Below, in pieces: positions 8,702 through 17,126 of a DNA stretch of 42,921 nucleotides; the stretch's first letter is position 1, and each line of letters starts with the position of its first letter. The notes beneath the pieces are model-generated. The model saw only the letters and a program-made list of their open reading frames with translations. It made no database searches and was not told the origin of the DNA. Both the position numbers and the translations under genes were made by a program. Source of the DNA: Actinomycetota bacterium (GTDB lineage Bacteria > Actinomycetota > Acidimicrobiia > Acidimicrobiales > VFJN01); NCBI GenBank assembly GCA_046734695.1, contig JBKPRS010000151.1, forward strand, positions 1-42,921. The letters are read 5' to 3'.

Positions 8702-10030
8702 CTACGAGGCGGGAACCAGCACCGTCAGGGTCGCGGCGCTCGACCTGACCGAGACCATCGCGAACCGTCCGCCGGCCACGGCGAAGCGCAGCGGTGACCG
8801 TTGGCCGACGTCGATGGCGGCGAGCCGGGGGCAGGTGGTGGACCCGCAGCCGTGGGCGTCGTACGCCGCCAGCCGGCCGGTGCCGTTGCCCGCGAGCAGG
8901 CCGACGTAGAGCACGTCGCCCCCGATCGTCAGCCCGCCGACCGGCAGGCCGTCGATGGCTGCGGACCACGCGGGAGCGCAGACGTCCTGCCCGCACCCCG
9001 CGGCGGCGAACACTTCGACGGCGCTTGACGGGTTGCCCTGCCGCTGGTCCGAGACGTAGAGCTGGTCGTGGGCGAACGCCAGGTACTGCCACCCCCGGCC
9101 CGGTCCCGGATGGAGATCCGTACGCCAGAGGTGGGCGCCGGTCTCGCCGTCGATGGCTTCGACCAGGGTCTCGAGGGAGTGGGTGAGCCCACCGACGTAG
9201 ACCGTCCCGTCCGGCCCGACGACGGGTCGCTCGCCCGAGTCGATGACCTCCGCGCCGTCCACATCCAGGGACGAAGTCCAGAGGGGCGTGCAGGTCGCGG
9301 CGCCGCAGCCGGTGGCGCCGAACGCATACACCAGGTTGTCAGCGACCACGTAGATCTTGTCGTGGCTGATCGACGGCGGGGTCATGAGCGCCCCGTCGGG
9401 GAACGCGAAGGTCCAGTTGGCCGCCGGGCTGACGAGGTCCCGCACGACCAGTTGCGGCCGGCGATCGGTGACGCATCCGTTCTGCACGGAGGCCACCGTC
9501 GAGCCGGAGGCCACGAACGCGCCGACGAGGGCGGGACCGGTGGTCTCGGTGGCGAGGACGTTCCCGGTCGCGGGATCGAGCTTGCTGAGCACGCCCGAGC
9601 AGCCGGTGCCGGAGCTCACCCAGAGGTCGCCGGCCACCATCACGACCGGGCCCGGAGCTCCTGAGCTCGCCGGCGTCGGCCGCTCCCAGACGACGGCGCC
9701 CGTGGTCACGTCGTAGGCCCGCACGACACCGCTCGCGCCCGACACGACGGTCGTGTAGAGCCGGTCACCCGACAGGAGCGGCTCGGAGAAGCTGCCGGTG
9801 ACATCGGCCGACCACGCCCCGGACAGCGAAGCGACGTTGCTCGGTGTGATCCCGACCTCTTCGGGGTTGAAGCGGCCGGCGTCGGGCAGACGGCCCGCCT
9901 GCTCCCAGACGTCGCACGCCGACAGCGAGAGCACCATGACCGCGACGAGCGCTATGACAGAACCGAGCCGTCTTCGGGGGCCCCGGGCATGGGTGCGCGC
10001 CGCTGGGGTCCGGGACAAGTGCTCGACCAT
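8702..10030 (-). CDS. Secreted lipoprotein with a PQQ-like/BamB-like beta-propeller
   Basis: Signal peptide with a lipobox (VLSLSAC). Propeller-blade-like segments recur (DRLYTTV, GAVVWER, DKIYVVADN, GAHLWRT, DQLYVSD, DVLYVG), each set interspersed with a GCG-x3-C-x-P motif. Confidence 0.75.
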   Translation of the reverse strand: MVEHLSRTPAARTHARGPRRRLGSVIALVAVMVLSLSACDVWEQAGRLPDAGRFNPEEVGITPSNVASLSGAWSADVTGSFSEPLLSGDRLYTTVVSGASGVVRAYDVTTGAVVWERPTPASSGAPGPVVMVAGDLWVSSGTGCSGVLSKLDPATGNVLATETTGPALVGAFVASGSTVASVQNGCVTDRRPQLVVRDLVSPAANWTFAFPDGALMTPPSISHDKIYVVADNLVYAFGATGCGAATCTPLWTSSLDVDGAEVIDSGERPVVGPDGTVYVGGLTHSLETLVEAIDGETGAHLWRTDLHPGPGRGWQYLAFAHDQLYVSDQRQGNPSSAVEVFAAAGCGQDVCAPAWSAAIDGLPVGGLTIGGDVLYVGLLAGNGTGRLAAYDAHGCGSTTCPRLAAIDVGQRSPLRFAVAGGRFAMVSVRSSAATLTVLVPAS

Positions 10031-10112
10031 TGCTTCCTCCTAAATGGTTGCGAGTGCCCTGTTCGATGGCCGAGCGGCCGAATAGGTTCCAAATGACGCG
10101 GTCAGGCCGCGA

Positions 10113-11087
10113 CTAGCGCTGCATCACCTTGGTGAGGGTCTCGCCGAGGAGCTCGACGTTCTCGGGCTCGTGGCCGTTGGCGGCCAGGTTGCAGGTGAGC
10201 CCGTCGACGCCGAGGGCGAGCACCGAGGACATGTTCTCGCCCACCTCGTCGGGATCGCCGAACACGACCGCCGACTCGATCATCTGGCGGACACCGGGGT
10301 CGTCGAAGTCCAGGCCCCGCTCACCGACGAAGCGGGACATGGCCGCCTCGGCCTGCTCGTGCGTGGGCGCGATGCAGGTGGTCCGCTGGGCGCTCACGGT
10401 GATCTCGCTGCGGTCGCGGCCGAGGCGCTCGCAGTGGGCGGCCAGGGCGTCCAGCTTGCGGGGGATCTCGGCCGGCGGGCAGGTCAGGTTGGACTCGTCG
10501 GCGTACTGGGCGACGAGCCGCAGCGTCTTGCGCTCACCCGATCCACCGATCATCACCGGGATGCGGCCGACGGGCGGCGGCTGGTTGACGGCGTCGTTGG
10601 CGGTGTAGTGCTTGCCGGCGAGGCTCGGGCGCTCGTCGCGCAGCATCGGCAGGATGATCTGCAGCGCCTCCTCGAGCTTCTCGAAGCGGTCGGTGAAGGT
10701 GCCGAACTCGAAGCCGAGGGCGTCGTGCTCGACGCCGAACCACCCGGCGCCGATGCCGAGCTGCGCCCGGCCGGACGACACGATGTCGAGCGCGGTCACG
10801 ACCTTGGCCAGCAGCGCCGGGTTGCGGTACGTGTTGCCGGTCACCAGCGCGCCGAGCCGGACCGAGGACGTGCGCTGCGACAGCGCGGCGAGCATCGTGT
10901 AGCACTCGACCATGTAGTTCTCGGGCGGCCCGAGCATGGGCAGCTGGTAGAAGTGGTCCATCACCAGGACCGTGTCGAACCCGCCTCGCTCCGCGGCCTC
11001 GGCCTGGCGGGCCACCGCTTCGAACAGGCCGTCCGGACCGACACCCGGGTAGTTGAAGTTGGGGATCTGATAGCCGAGCCTCGTCAC
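10113..11087 (-). CDS. LLM-class (luciferase-like) F420-dependent oxidoreductase
   Basis: N-terminus MTRLGYQIPNFNYPG ... GFDTVLVMDHFYQLP ... LVTGNTYRNPALLAKVVTALD ... LGIGAGW closely follows the consensus I recall for the Rv1855c-type F420-dependent LLM family. Confidence 0.85.
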   Translation of the reverse strand: MTRLGYQIPNFNYPGVGPDGLFEAVARQAEAAERGGFDTVLVMDHFYQLPMLGPPENYMVECYTMLAALSQRTSSVRLGALVTGNTYRNPALLAKVVTALDIVSSGRAQLGIGAGWFGVEHDALGFEFGTFTDRFEKLEEALQIILPMLRDERPSLAGKHYTANDAVNQPPPVGRIPVMIGGSGERKTLRLVAQYADESNLTCPPAEIPRKLDALAAHCERLGRDRSEITVSAQRTTCIAPTHEQAEAAMSRFVGERGLDFDDPGVRQMIESAVVFGDPDEVGENMSSVLALGVDGLTCNLAANGHEPENVELLGETLTKVMQR

Positions 11088-11158
11088 GGACCTACGCCTC
11101 CTCGATCACACGCCATCCGCCTGCCCCCGGGCACGCTACGACACGAAAAGGAGTTTCC

Positions 11159-11686
11159 ATGCCTGGGATGACCACCGAGGAGATCGACGGCTTCCTGGCC
11201 GAGCCGGGGCATCTGCTGCGGATCGGCGTCGTCGACGAGGCCGGCATGCCGCTCGTCGTCCCGATCTGGTTCATCGCCCGGGACGGGGCGCTGTGGTTCA
11301 CGCCCCGGGAGAAGTCCCGCTGGCTGGCGCACCTCCGCAGCAACCCCCGGATCTGCTGCACGATCGACGAGTCCCGGGCGGGTAGCCGCAAGCTCGTCGT
11401 GCGAGGCCGGGCCGAGATCGTCCACGACGTCGGCGAGGACGACGCCTGGCGGGACCTGTACCGCGAGATCACGCTGCGCTACACGCCTGAAGCGTGGGGT
11501 GACGCCTATCTCCAGGACACGATCCAGGAACGCCGAGCCCTGCTGCGGGTGCCGCTCGCGGGGTCGGAGGTCCACTCCTGGCGCATGCCGTTCCGCGAGG
11601 GCGAGGATCCGCTCGCCGTCTGGGCGCCCCGCTACTACCGGGGTGGCCGCGGGCGGGCCGGCCGGGAGGGCTCGCCGGCGGACTGA
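11159..11686 (+). CDS. Pyridoxamine 5'-phosphate oxidase (PPOX)-family flavin/F420-binding protein
   Basis: AAAGGAG lies upstream of the ATG. Motif EEIDGFLAEPGHLLRIGVVDEAGMPLVVPIWF ... GALWFTPREKSRW is typical of the split-barrel PPOX class. Confidence 0.8.
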   Translation: MPGMTTEEIDGFLAEPGHLLRIGVVDEAGMPLVVPIWFIARDGALWFTPREKSRWLAHLRSNPRICCTIDESRAGSRKLVVRGRAEIVHDVGEDDAWRDLYREITLRYTPEAWGDAYLQDTIQERRALLRVPLAGSEVHSWRMPFREGEDPLAVWAPRYYRGGRGRAGREGSPAD

Positions 11687-11700
11687 CGGAGCGACCGGGT

Positions 11701-12597
11701 GTGCCCGCACGGGGGCGGGGCGGTCATGCTCTGGGGATGCCTGGCCCAGACGCCGGAGGTGCCGACCTCTACCTCGACCTGCTCGCCCGCTGCCTGACCC
11801 GCGACCTGTTCCTGGACGAGGAGGTCCGCAACGTCGACCTGCGGCAGTGGCCGGGCGGGGAGCCCGAGGGGCTGCGGGACATGCTGCGGGAGCGGGCCTG
11901 GAGGGTCGTGCGGGCCGGAGGCGACCGTGAGACCCGGGCCGTCGGCAACGACTGGCCGCCGCACGCCGAGACGATGGTGGGCCTCGCCCGGCTCGCCAAC
12001 GTGCGGGAGCTGGCGCAGGCCGCGCTGGCCGGTGGTGTCCCCGGCGACCTGGTGGAGACCGGCGTGTGGCGCGGCGGCACGGCGATCTACATGCGGGCCG
12101 TGCTCGCCGCGGCCGGCGACACCGTCCGCACCGTGGTGGCCTGCGACTCGTTCGAGGGCCTCCCCGAGGCCGACGCCGAACGGTTCCCGATGGACGCCCC
12201 GCTGCGCCTCCACGAGCACCCGCAGCTCGCGGTCGGCCTCGACCGGGTCGAGGCCAACTTCGCCCGCTACGGCCTGCTCGACGACCAGGTGCGCTTCGTC
12301 CCGGGCTGGTTCCGCGACACGCTGCCCAAGCTGGCCACGGAGCTCGATGCGATCGCGGTGCTGCGGCTGGACGGCGACATGTACGAATCCACGATCGACG
12401 CCCTGACCCACCTGGAGCCCCTGGTCTCCCCGGGCGGCTACGTCATAGTGGACGACTACGGCGGCATCGAGCCCTGCCGCCAGGCCGTAGCCGACTACCG
12501 GGCCGCCCACGACATCACGGCGGAGATCCACCCCGTCGACTGGACCGCCGCGTGGTGGCGCAAGCCACCCGCCCCGTCGCGGCCTGCCGGCGGGTGA
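11701..12597 (+). CDS. TylF/macrocin-O-methyltransferase-family SAM-dependent methyltransferase
   Basis: DLYLDLLARCLT, ETGVWRGGTAIYMRAVL, ACDSFEGLPE, LRLDGDMYESTIDAL and GGYVIVDDYG. An alternative ATG start is at 11737. Confidence 0.85.
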   Translation: MPARGRGGHALGMPGPDAGGADLYLDLLARCLTRDLFLDEEVRNVDLRQWPGGEPEGLRDMLRERAWRVVRAGGDRETRAVGNDWPPHAETMVGLARLANVRELAQAALAGGVPGDLVETGVWRGGTAIYMRAVLAAAGDTVRTVVACDSFEGLPEADAERFPMDAPLRLHEHPQLAVGLDRVEANFARYGLLDDQVRFVPGWFRDTLPKLATELDAIAVLRLDGDMYESTIDALTHLEPLVSPGGYVIVDDYGGIEPCRQAVADYRAAHDITAEIHPVDWTAAWWRKPPAPSRPAGG

Positions 12598-12818
12598 TCA
12601 GCGGCCGGGGTCGAGGACGCTCCGGCCGTCGAGCACCGTGTCGAGGATCTCAAAGCGTGCTCGGCCCCCACACCATCGCCATGGAGCTCGACCTCGCCGC
12701 CGTGTGACAGAGCGATGCACCGCCCCCGCCGGGATACTCTCGGCACGTTGACGAGCGGGCCGGGCGGGCGCCAGGACAGGTCGCGGTCTGATGGCCGAGC
12801 CGTAGGGAGATCAGATCG

Positions 12819-13283
12819 ATGCACGCAGCAGTGACCCTCCACGTGGACGCCGAGCCCGTGGAGGTCTGGGAGATCGTCGGCGACATCACGCGGATGGGCG
12901 ACTACAGCCCGGAGGTCATCGAGGCCGAATGGCTGGACGGCGCGACCGGCCCGGCCGTGGGGGCGCGGTACCGCGGTCACGTGAAGCGCAACGAGAAGGG
13001 GCCTGTGTACTGGACGGTGTGCGAGGTCACGGAGTGCGTGCCCGGTGAGGTCTTCGAGTTCGCGGTGATCATCCGCGGCTCGGCCGTCAACACGTGGCGC
13101 TACGAGTTCGCGCCGGCGGCGGGCGGTGGCACCGACGTCACGGAGTCGTTCCGCCTCGTCGACAACGTGTTGACCAAGCTGTGGCGCCCGCTCGGTGGGT
13201 TCCTCCGGGAGAACCGCAACAAGCGCGACATGCTCACCACGCTCGAGCGGGTGAAGGCGGTTGCCGAGCGAAGCTCGGCCTGA
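12819..13283 (+). CDS. SRPBCC-family (polyketide cyclase/dehydrase-like) ligand-binding protein
   Basis: 154 aa. VDAEPVEVWEIVGDITRMGDYSPE ... WTVCEVTECVPGEVFEF ... WRYEF is typical of the SRPBCC/Bet v1 fold. Confidence 0.8.
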   Translation: MHAAVTLHVDAEPVEVWEIVGDITRMGDYSPEVIEAEWLDGATGPAVGARYRGHVKRNEKGPVYWTVCEVTECVPGEVFEFAVIIRGSAVNTWRYEFAPAAGGGTDVTESFRLVDNVLTKLWRPLGGFLRENRNKRDMLTTLERVKAVAERSSA

Positions 13284-13290
13284 GGCCCGT

Positions 13291-14190
13291 TCAACGATCG
13301 AGCGCGGCCAGTACGTCGCCGAGGGCCCGGATCGCGGGCTCGGTGATCGGGCTCAGGACCAGGATCGCCTCGTCGACGCCGGCGGCCGCGAGCTCGGTGA
13401 GCCCCTGCGCTATCGCGGCGGGTGATCCGGCCAGCGGCGGCACGTTGTCGGTGTGGGGCCGGTCCCGGCCGCCGTGCTGCAGGGTGACGAACACCGTCGC
13501 GGTGCGCTCGACGTCCGACGGGTCCCGACCGGCTTCCCGGATCAGCTGGGTGACGCGCTCGTTCTGCTGGGCGAAGCCCTCCGGCGTGTTGCCGTACCAG
13601 TCGTACCAGACGTTCCAGGCGGCGACCTGGGGCAGCGCGTGACGCAGGACCCGCTCGCCGATCGAGCCGATCATCAGGGGAGGAGGTGGCGTGGGCGCGG
13701 GGAGCAGCACCGCGTCCTGCACGCGCTCGAACCGGCCTTCGGACGTCACCCGCTCGCCCGCCAGCAGGCCGCGGATGATGTCGAAGGACTCCTCGAACCG
13801 CGAGGCGCGGTGGTCGAAGGGCAGGCCGAAGGCGCGGAACTCGGTCTCGTTCCAGCCCGCGCCCAGCCCCAGCACCAGCCGGCCCCCGCTGACCTCCTGG
13901 ACCGCCGCGGCCCTCCGGGCGAGCAGCCCGGGCGGTGCGAAGGCGGTGCACGCCACCAGAGGGCCCAAGCGCACCCGGTCCGTGCCGGCGGCGAGCGCGG
14001 CCAGGAGCGTCCAGGCGTCCCACGGCCCGCGCTCTTCGCGCCCGTCGCCCCGGTAGAGGAGGTGGTCCCCGACCCAGATCGAGTCGAGCCCCACGTCCTC
14101 GGCGGCACGGGCCATGGCCAGGTACTCGGACCAGGGCACGTGCCGCTCGACCTCGGGGAGCTGCACGCCGACGCGCAGGCGATCTGCCAT
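13291..14190 (-). CDS. LLM-class flavin/F420-dependent oxidoreductase
   Basis: VGVQLPEVE ... GLDSIWVGDHLLYR ... LVLGLGAGWNETEF. Convergent with the SRPBCC gene, with 7 bp between the stops. Confidence 0.85.
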   Translation of the reverse strand: MADRLRVGVQLPEVERHVPWSEYLAMARAAEDVGLDSIWVGDHLLYRGDGREERGPWDAWTLLAALAAGTDRVRLGPLVACTAFAPPGLLARRAAAVQEVSGGRLVLGLGAGWNETEFRAFGLPFDHRASRFEESFDIIRGLLAGERVTSEGRFERVQDAVLLPAPTPPPPLMIGSIGERVLRHALPQVAAWNVWYDWYGNTPEGFAQQNERVTQLIREAGRDPSDVERTATVFVTLQHGGRDRPHTDNVPPLAGSPAAIAQGLTELAAAGVDEAILVLSPITEPAIRALGDVLAALDR

Positions 14191-14310
14191 CCCCGCACGC
14201 TACGCGGACGCGGAGCAGCGCCGGGGCGGAGACCTGCTCCCACCCCCCGAACAGCGTGACGGTGGGAGGAGAGGACCAGGAGCAGCTGGAGGCGGGGGTA
14301 CGCTCGCTCG

Positions 14311-15135
14311 ATGGCGCAGGTCGGCGAACGGGACGATCTGGACTCGGTGCCGGCGACGCGGGCGGAGGGCTCCCGCCGCAACTCCCGTGCCGCGCTGATC
14401 GAGGCCGCCTTCGAGGAGTTCTCGACCAAGGGCTACGAGGCGACCACCGTCGCCGGGATCGCCGACCGGGCCGGTGTCACCACCGGTGCCCTCTACGCCC
14501 ACTTCACCAGCAAGCTCGACCTGCTGCTGGCGACGCTCGGCCTCACGCCGATCGAGGACATCCTCCGCTCGGCCCGGGCGGCCGCGGCGCTGCCGCGGAG
14601 CGAGGCGGCCAAGCGGCTCGTCCACAACATGTCGGCGAGGCCGGACCGGCACATGCTGCTGCTGCTCGACGTCATCGTCTTCGCCCGGCGGGATCCGCAC
14701 GTCGCGGAGATCCTCCGGCGCGGGCTGGAGCGCTACGTCGGGGCCTCGGCCCGCGCCAACGACGAAGCCGCGGCGCTCGGGCTGGTCGACCCGGCCCTCG
14801 CCCCCGACGACCTCGGGCGGGTGCTCACGCTGCTCACCATGGGCAAGATCGTGTTCGGCGCCCTTGACGGCGAGCCGCCGTCGGAGGCGGCCTTCGCCCG
14901 GCTGGCCGACCTGCTGCTGCGGCCCGCGGGCGACGACGAGGCCGGCGATCAGCCGGCGGCTCTGGCCCGGGTCCGGGCCCGGGCCGCGGCTGCGGAGCGA
15001 GCGCGAGCGGCCTTGTACGACGGCATCGTCGACGCCGTGCACGATGGCCACAGCCTCCGCCAGGTCGGCGCCGCGGCCGGCCTGTCCCACGAGCGGGTCC
15101 GCCAGCTCCTCCACGAGCACGACGACGCCGGCTGA
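14311..15135 (+). CDS. TetR-family regulator with an additional C-terminal HTH-like segment
   Basis: The N-terminal TetR HTH is AALIEAAFEEFSTKGYEATTVAGIADRAGVTTGALYAHF. The C-terminal roughly 45 aa read HSLRQVGAAAGLSHERVRQLL, which resembles sigma-70 region 4.2. Confidence 0.8.
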   Translation: MAQVGERDDLDSVPATRAEGSRRNSRAALIEAAFEEFSTKGYEATTVAGIADRAGVTTGALYAHFTSKLDLLLATLGLTPIEDILRSARAAAALPRSEAAKRLVHNMSARPDRHMLLLLDVIVFARRDPHVAEILRRGLERYVGASARANDEAAALGLVDPALAPDDLGRVLTLLTMGKIVFGALDGEPPSEAAFARLADLLLRPAGDDEAGDQPAALARVRARAAAAERARAALYDGIVDAVHDGHSLRQVGAAAGLSHERVRQLLHEHDDAG

Positions 15136-15144
15136 CCGGCCGCG

Positions 15145-16422
15145 TCAGCTGAGGTCGGGCGGTTCGAGGATGTCGACGAAGTCGCTGGACAGCACGTCGT
15201 AGCGGCTGCCGTGCATCTGGAGGATGGCGACCTCCCGGGTGAAGATCCGGAACCCGGCGAGGTCCGGCAGCTCGGGCAGGGCGTTCTCGCGGAAGTCGTA
15301 GGGCGCCTGCTCCGGCCGGTCCACCGGGTTGGCCACCGCCGCGTCGACGACCCCCTGCGAGTCCAGCGAGGCGATCTCGGCCGGGCTCAGGTGGCTCAGC
15401 GCGCCCTCCAGCTTCTTGATGTTCGACCAGGTGACGACGGTGTTGAAGTCGACGTCCGGGTCGTCCGGGTCGAATCCGGCCGCCTCCATGTCGTCGCGGA
15501 ACTCGGCGATGCCGGGGTTGTCCTCGTCGGTCGGCGGGAGGCCCGGGCTGACGACGAGGAGACCGTTCAGCGTGTCGCCCAGCTCGTGGACGATCTCCGG
15601 CGACATCACGACCGAGGCCGTCGTGATGATGTGGTTCTCCGCGGTGATGCCCTCGGCCGCCAGCGCGTTGAACATCACGACCGGCTGAGCGGGTAGCAGC
15701 CCGATGGCATCGGTGTCGCGCTCGGCGATCTGGGCGGCGATCGGTGCGTAGTCCGTCGTGTCCGCCGGGAAGTAGATGACCTCGACCTTGATGCCGATGA
15801 TGTCGGCGACCTGCTCGACCTGCGAAGCGGCGAACTGCAGCGCCGGGATGTCGGGCAGCACCAGGAGGAAGTCCTCCGCCCCCTTGGCCTTGGCCGCGGT
15901 GACGCCGGAGATGCCGACGGAGATGCCGCTGATCGACGAGTACGCGTTGGGGCTGGTCAGCTCGAAGGCCGAGGTTCCCCACGTGAAGAGGGCCGGCAGG
16001 CCGGACGCGGTCGCGCCGTCGTCGAACGACCCGATGAAGCTGAGCAGCGCCAGCGTGCCGTCCCCGGCGGCCTTCCGGCCGCAGGCGAGGTTCTCGTTGA
16101 CGTCACCCTTGTCGTCGCAGAAGTCGACCTCGAGGGGCCGGCCCAGGGCGCACTCGTGGTTCACGGCCCGGACGGCGGCGTCGGTGCCCATGCGGGCCCG
16201 GTCGCCGTTGTTGCCCAGCGCGCTGGTGAGTGCCGCGATCGTGGTGAACTTCAACGGCTCGCCCGGGCAGTCGGCGGCGGTGTCCTCCTCCGGGGCTCGC
16301 GCCGTCGTCCCCGGCGAGGCGGCACCGCCACCCGCCGCGACGTCGCCGATGTGGCCGTCGCCGCACGCGGCGCCCAGCAGCCCCACCACGGCGGCGACGA
16401 TGAACAGCCGGCGTCGGATCAT
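15145..16422 (-). CDS. ABC transporter substrate-binding lipoprotein (LivJ/Peripla_BP_6-like)
   Basis: The start MIRRRLFIVAAVVGLLGAAC (lipobox) overlaps the LivF stop (ATGA). The upstream 132 codons in the ORF track are Arg/Pro junk. Confidence 0.85.
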   Translation of the reverse strand: MIRRRLFIVAAVVGLLGAACGDGHIGDVAAGGGAASPGTTARAPEEDTAADCPGEPLKFTTIAALTSALGNNGDRARMGTDAAVRAVNHECALGRPLEVDFCDDKGDVNENLACGRKAAGDGTLALLSFIGSFDDGATASGLPALFTWGTSAFELTSPNAYSSISGISVGISGVTAAKAKGAEDFLLVLPDIPALQFAASQVEQVADIIGIKVEVIYFPADTTDYAPIAAQIAERDTDAIGLLPAQPVVMFNALAAEGITAENHIITTASVVMSPEIVHELGDTLNGLLVVSPGLPPTDEDNPGIAEFRDDMEAAGFDPDDPDVDFNTVVTWSNIKKLEGALSHLSPAEIASLDSQGVVDAAVANPVDRPEQAPYDFRENALPELPDLAGFRIFTREVAILQMHGSRYDVLSSDFVDILEPPDLS

Positions 16423-17126
16423 GACGCGGTCCCCTCCGTGGTGGCGGGCTGCAGGTAGGCGTCCTGGATGTCGTCGATCCGGTCGCGCAGGTCGGTGGCG
16501 CTGCCTTCGAGCTCGATGGCGCCCCGCTTCATGACCATCACGCGGTCGGCGACGGCGAGCGCCTTGTGGATGTGCTGCTCGACCAGGAGCACGCCCATGC
16601 CGTCGTCGGCCGCGGCCCGGACGGCGGCGAGGAGCCGGTCGACGACCATCGGCGCCAGGCCGAGGGACAGCTCGTCGACGAGCAGCATCTTCGACGATCG
16701 GGCCAGGCAGCGGGCCAGGGCGAGCATCTGCTGCTGGCCGCCCGAGAGCAGCCCGACGCGGCGCTGCAGGTGGTCCTTCAGCTCCGGGAACAGCTCGACC
16801 GCCCGTTCGGTGTCGCACCGGCTCACCCGGAGGTTCTCCGCCGCGGTCAGCTCCATCAGGACGGCCCGCTCCTGGGTGACGACCGCGAGGCCCTGGCGGG
16901 CCCGGACGTGCAGCGGGTCACGGGTGGCCTGGCCAAGGAACCGCACCTCGCCGCCGAGCGGCGCCAGCTCGCCGGAGATCGTCAGCAGCGTCGTGGTCTT
17001 GCCGGCGCCGTTGGGCCCGAGCAGGGCGACGACCTCTCCGGCCGCGACCCGCAGGTCCAGGCCGCGGACGATCTCGATGTCCCCGTAGCCGGCCCGCAGC
17101 CCGACGGTCTCAACCAGCGCGGTCAT
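16419..17126 (-). CDS. Branched-chain-amino-acid-type ABC transporter ATP-binding protein (LivF-like)
   Basis: [24 protein letters not shown] and LLVDELSLGLAP. ATGA overlaps at both ends. Confidence 0.9.
   Translation of the reverse strand: MTALVETVGLRAGYGDIEIVRGLDLRVAAGEVVALLGPNGAGKTTTLLTISGELAPLGGEVRFLGQATRDPLHVRARQGLAVVTQERAVLMELTAAENLRVSRCDTERAVELFPELKDHLQRRVGLLSGGQQQMLALARCLARSSKMLLVDELSLGLAPMVVDRLLAAVRAAADDGMGVLLVEQHIHKALAVADRVMVMKRGAIELEGSATDLRDRIDDIQDAYLQPATTEGTAS

Noticed and set aside
12598-12818. The 221-bp gap between the TylF methyltransferase and the SRPBCC gene, as a possible small gene or sRNA.
   Set aside because: The frames are short and not protein-like, and I could see no convincing promoter, terminator or conserved structure. 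It is probably just the SRPBCC promoter region. Transcriptomics would be needed to say more.
10113-14190. The methyltransferase/SRPBCC/LLM patch as a secondary-metabolite biosynthetic gene cluster.
   Set aside because: There is no scaffold-forming enzyme (PKS, NRPS, terpene cyclase or RiPP precursor/maturase) in or near the patch. The genes lie on mixed strands with individual promoters.
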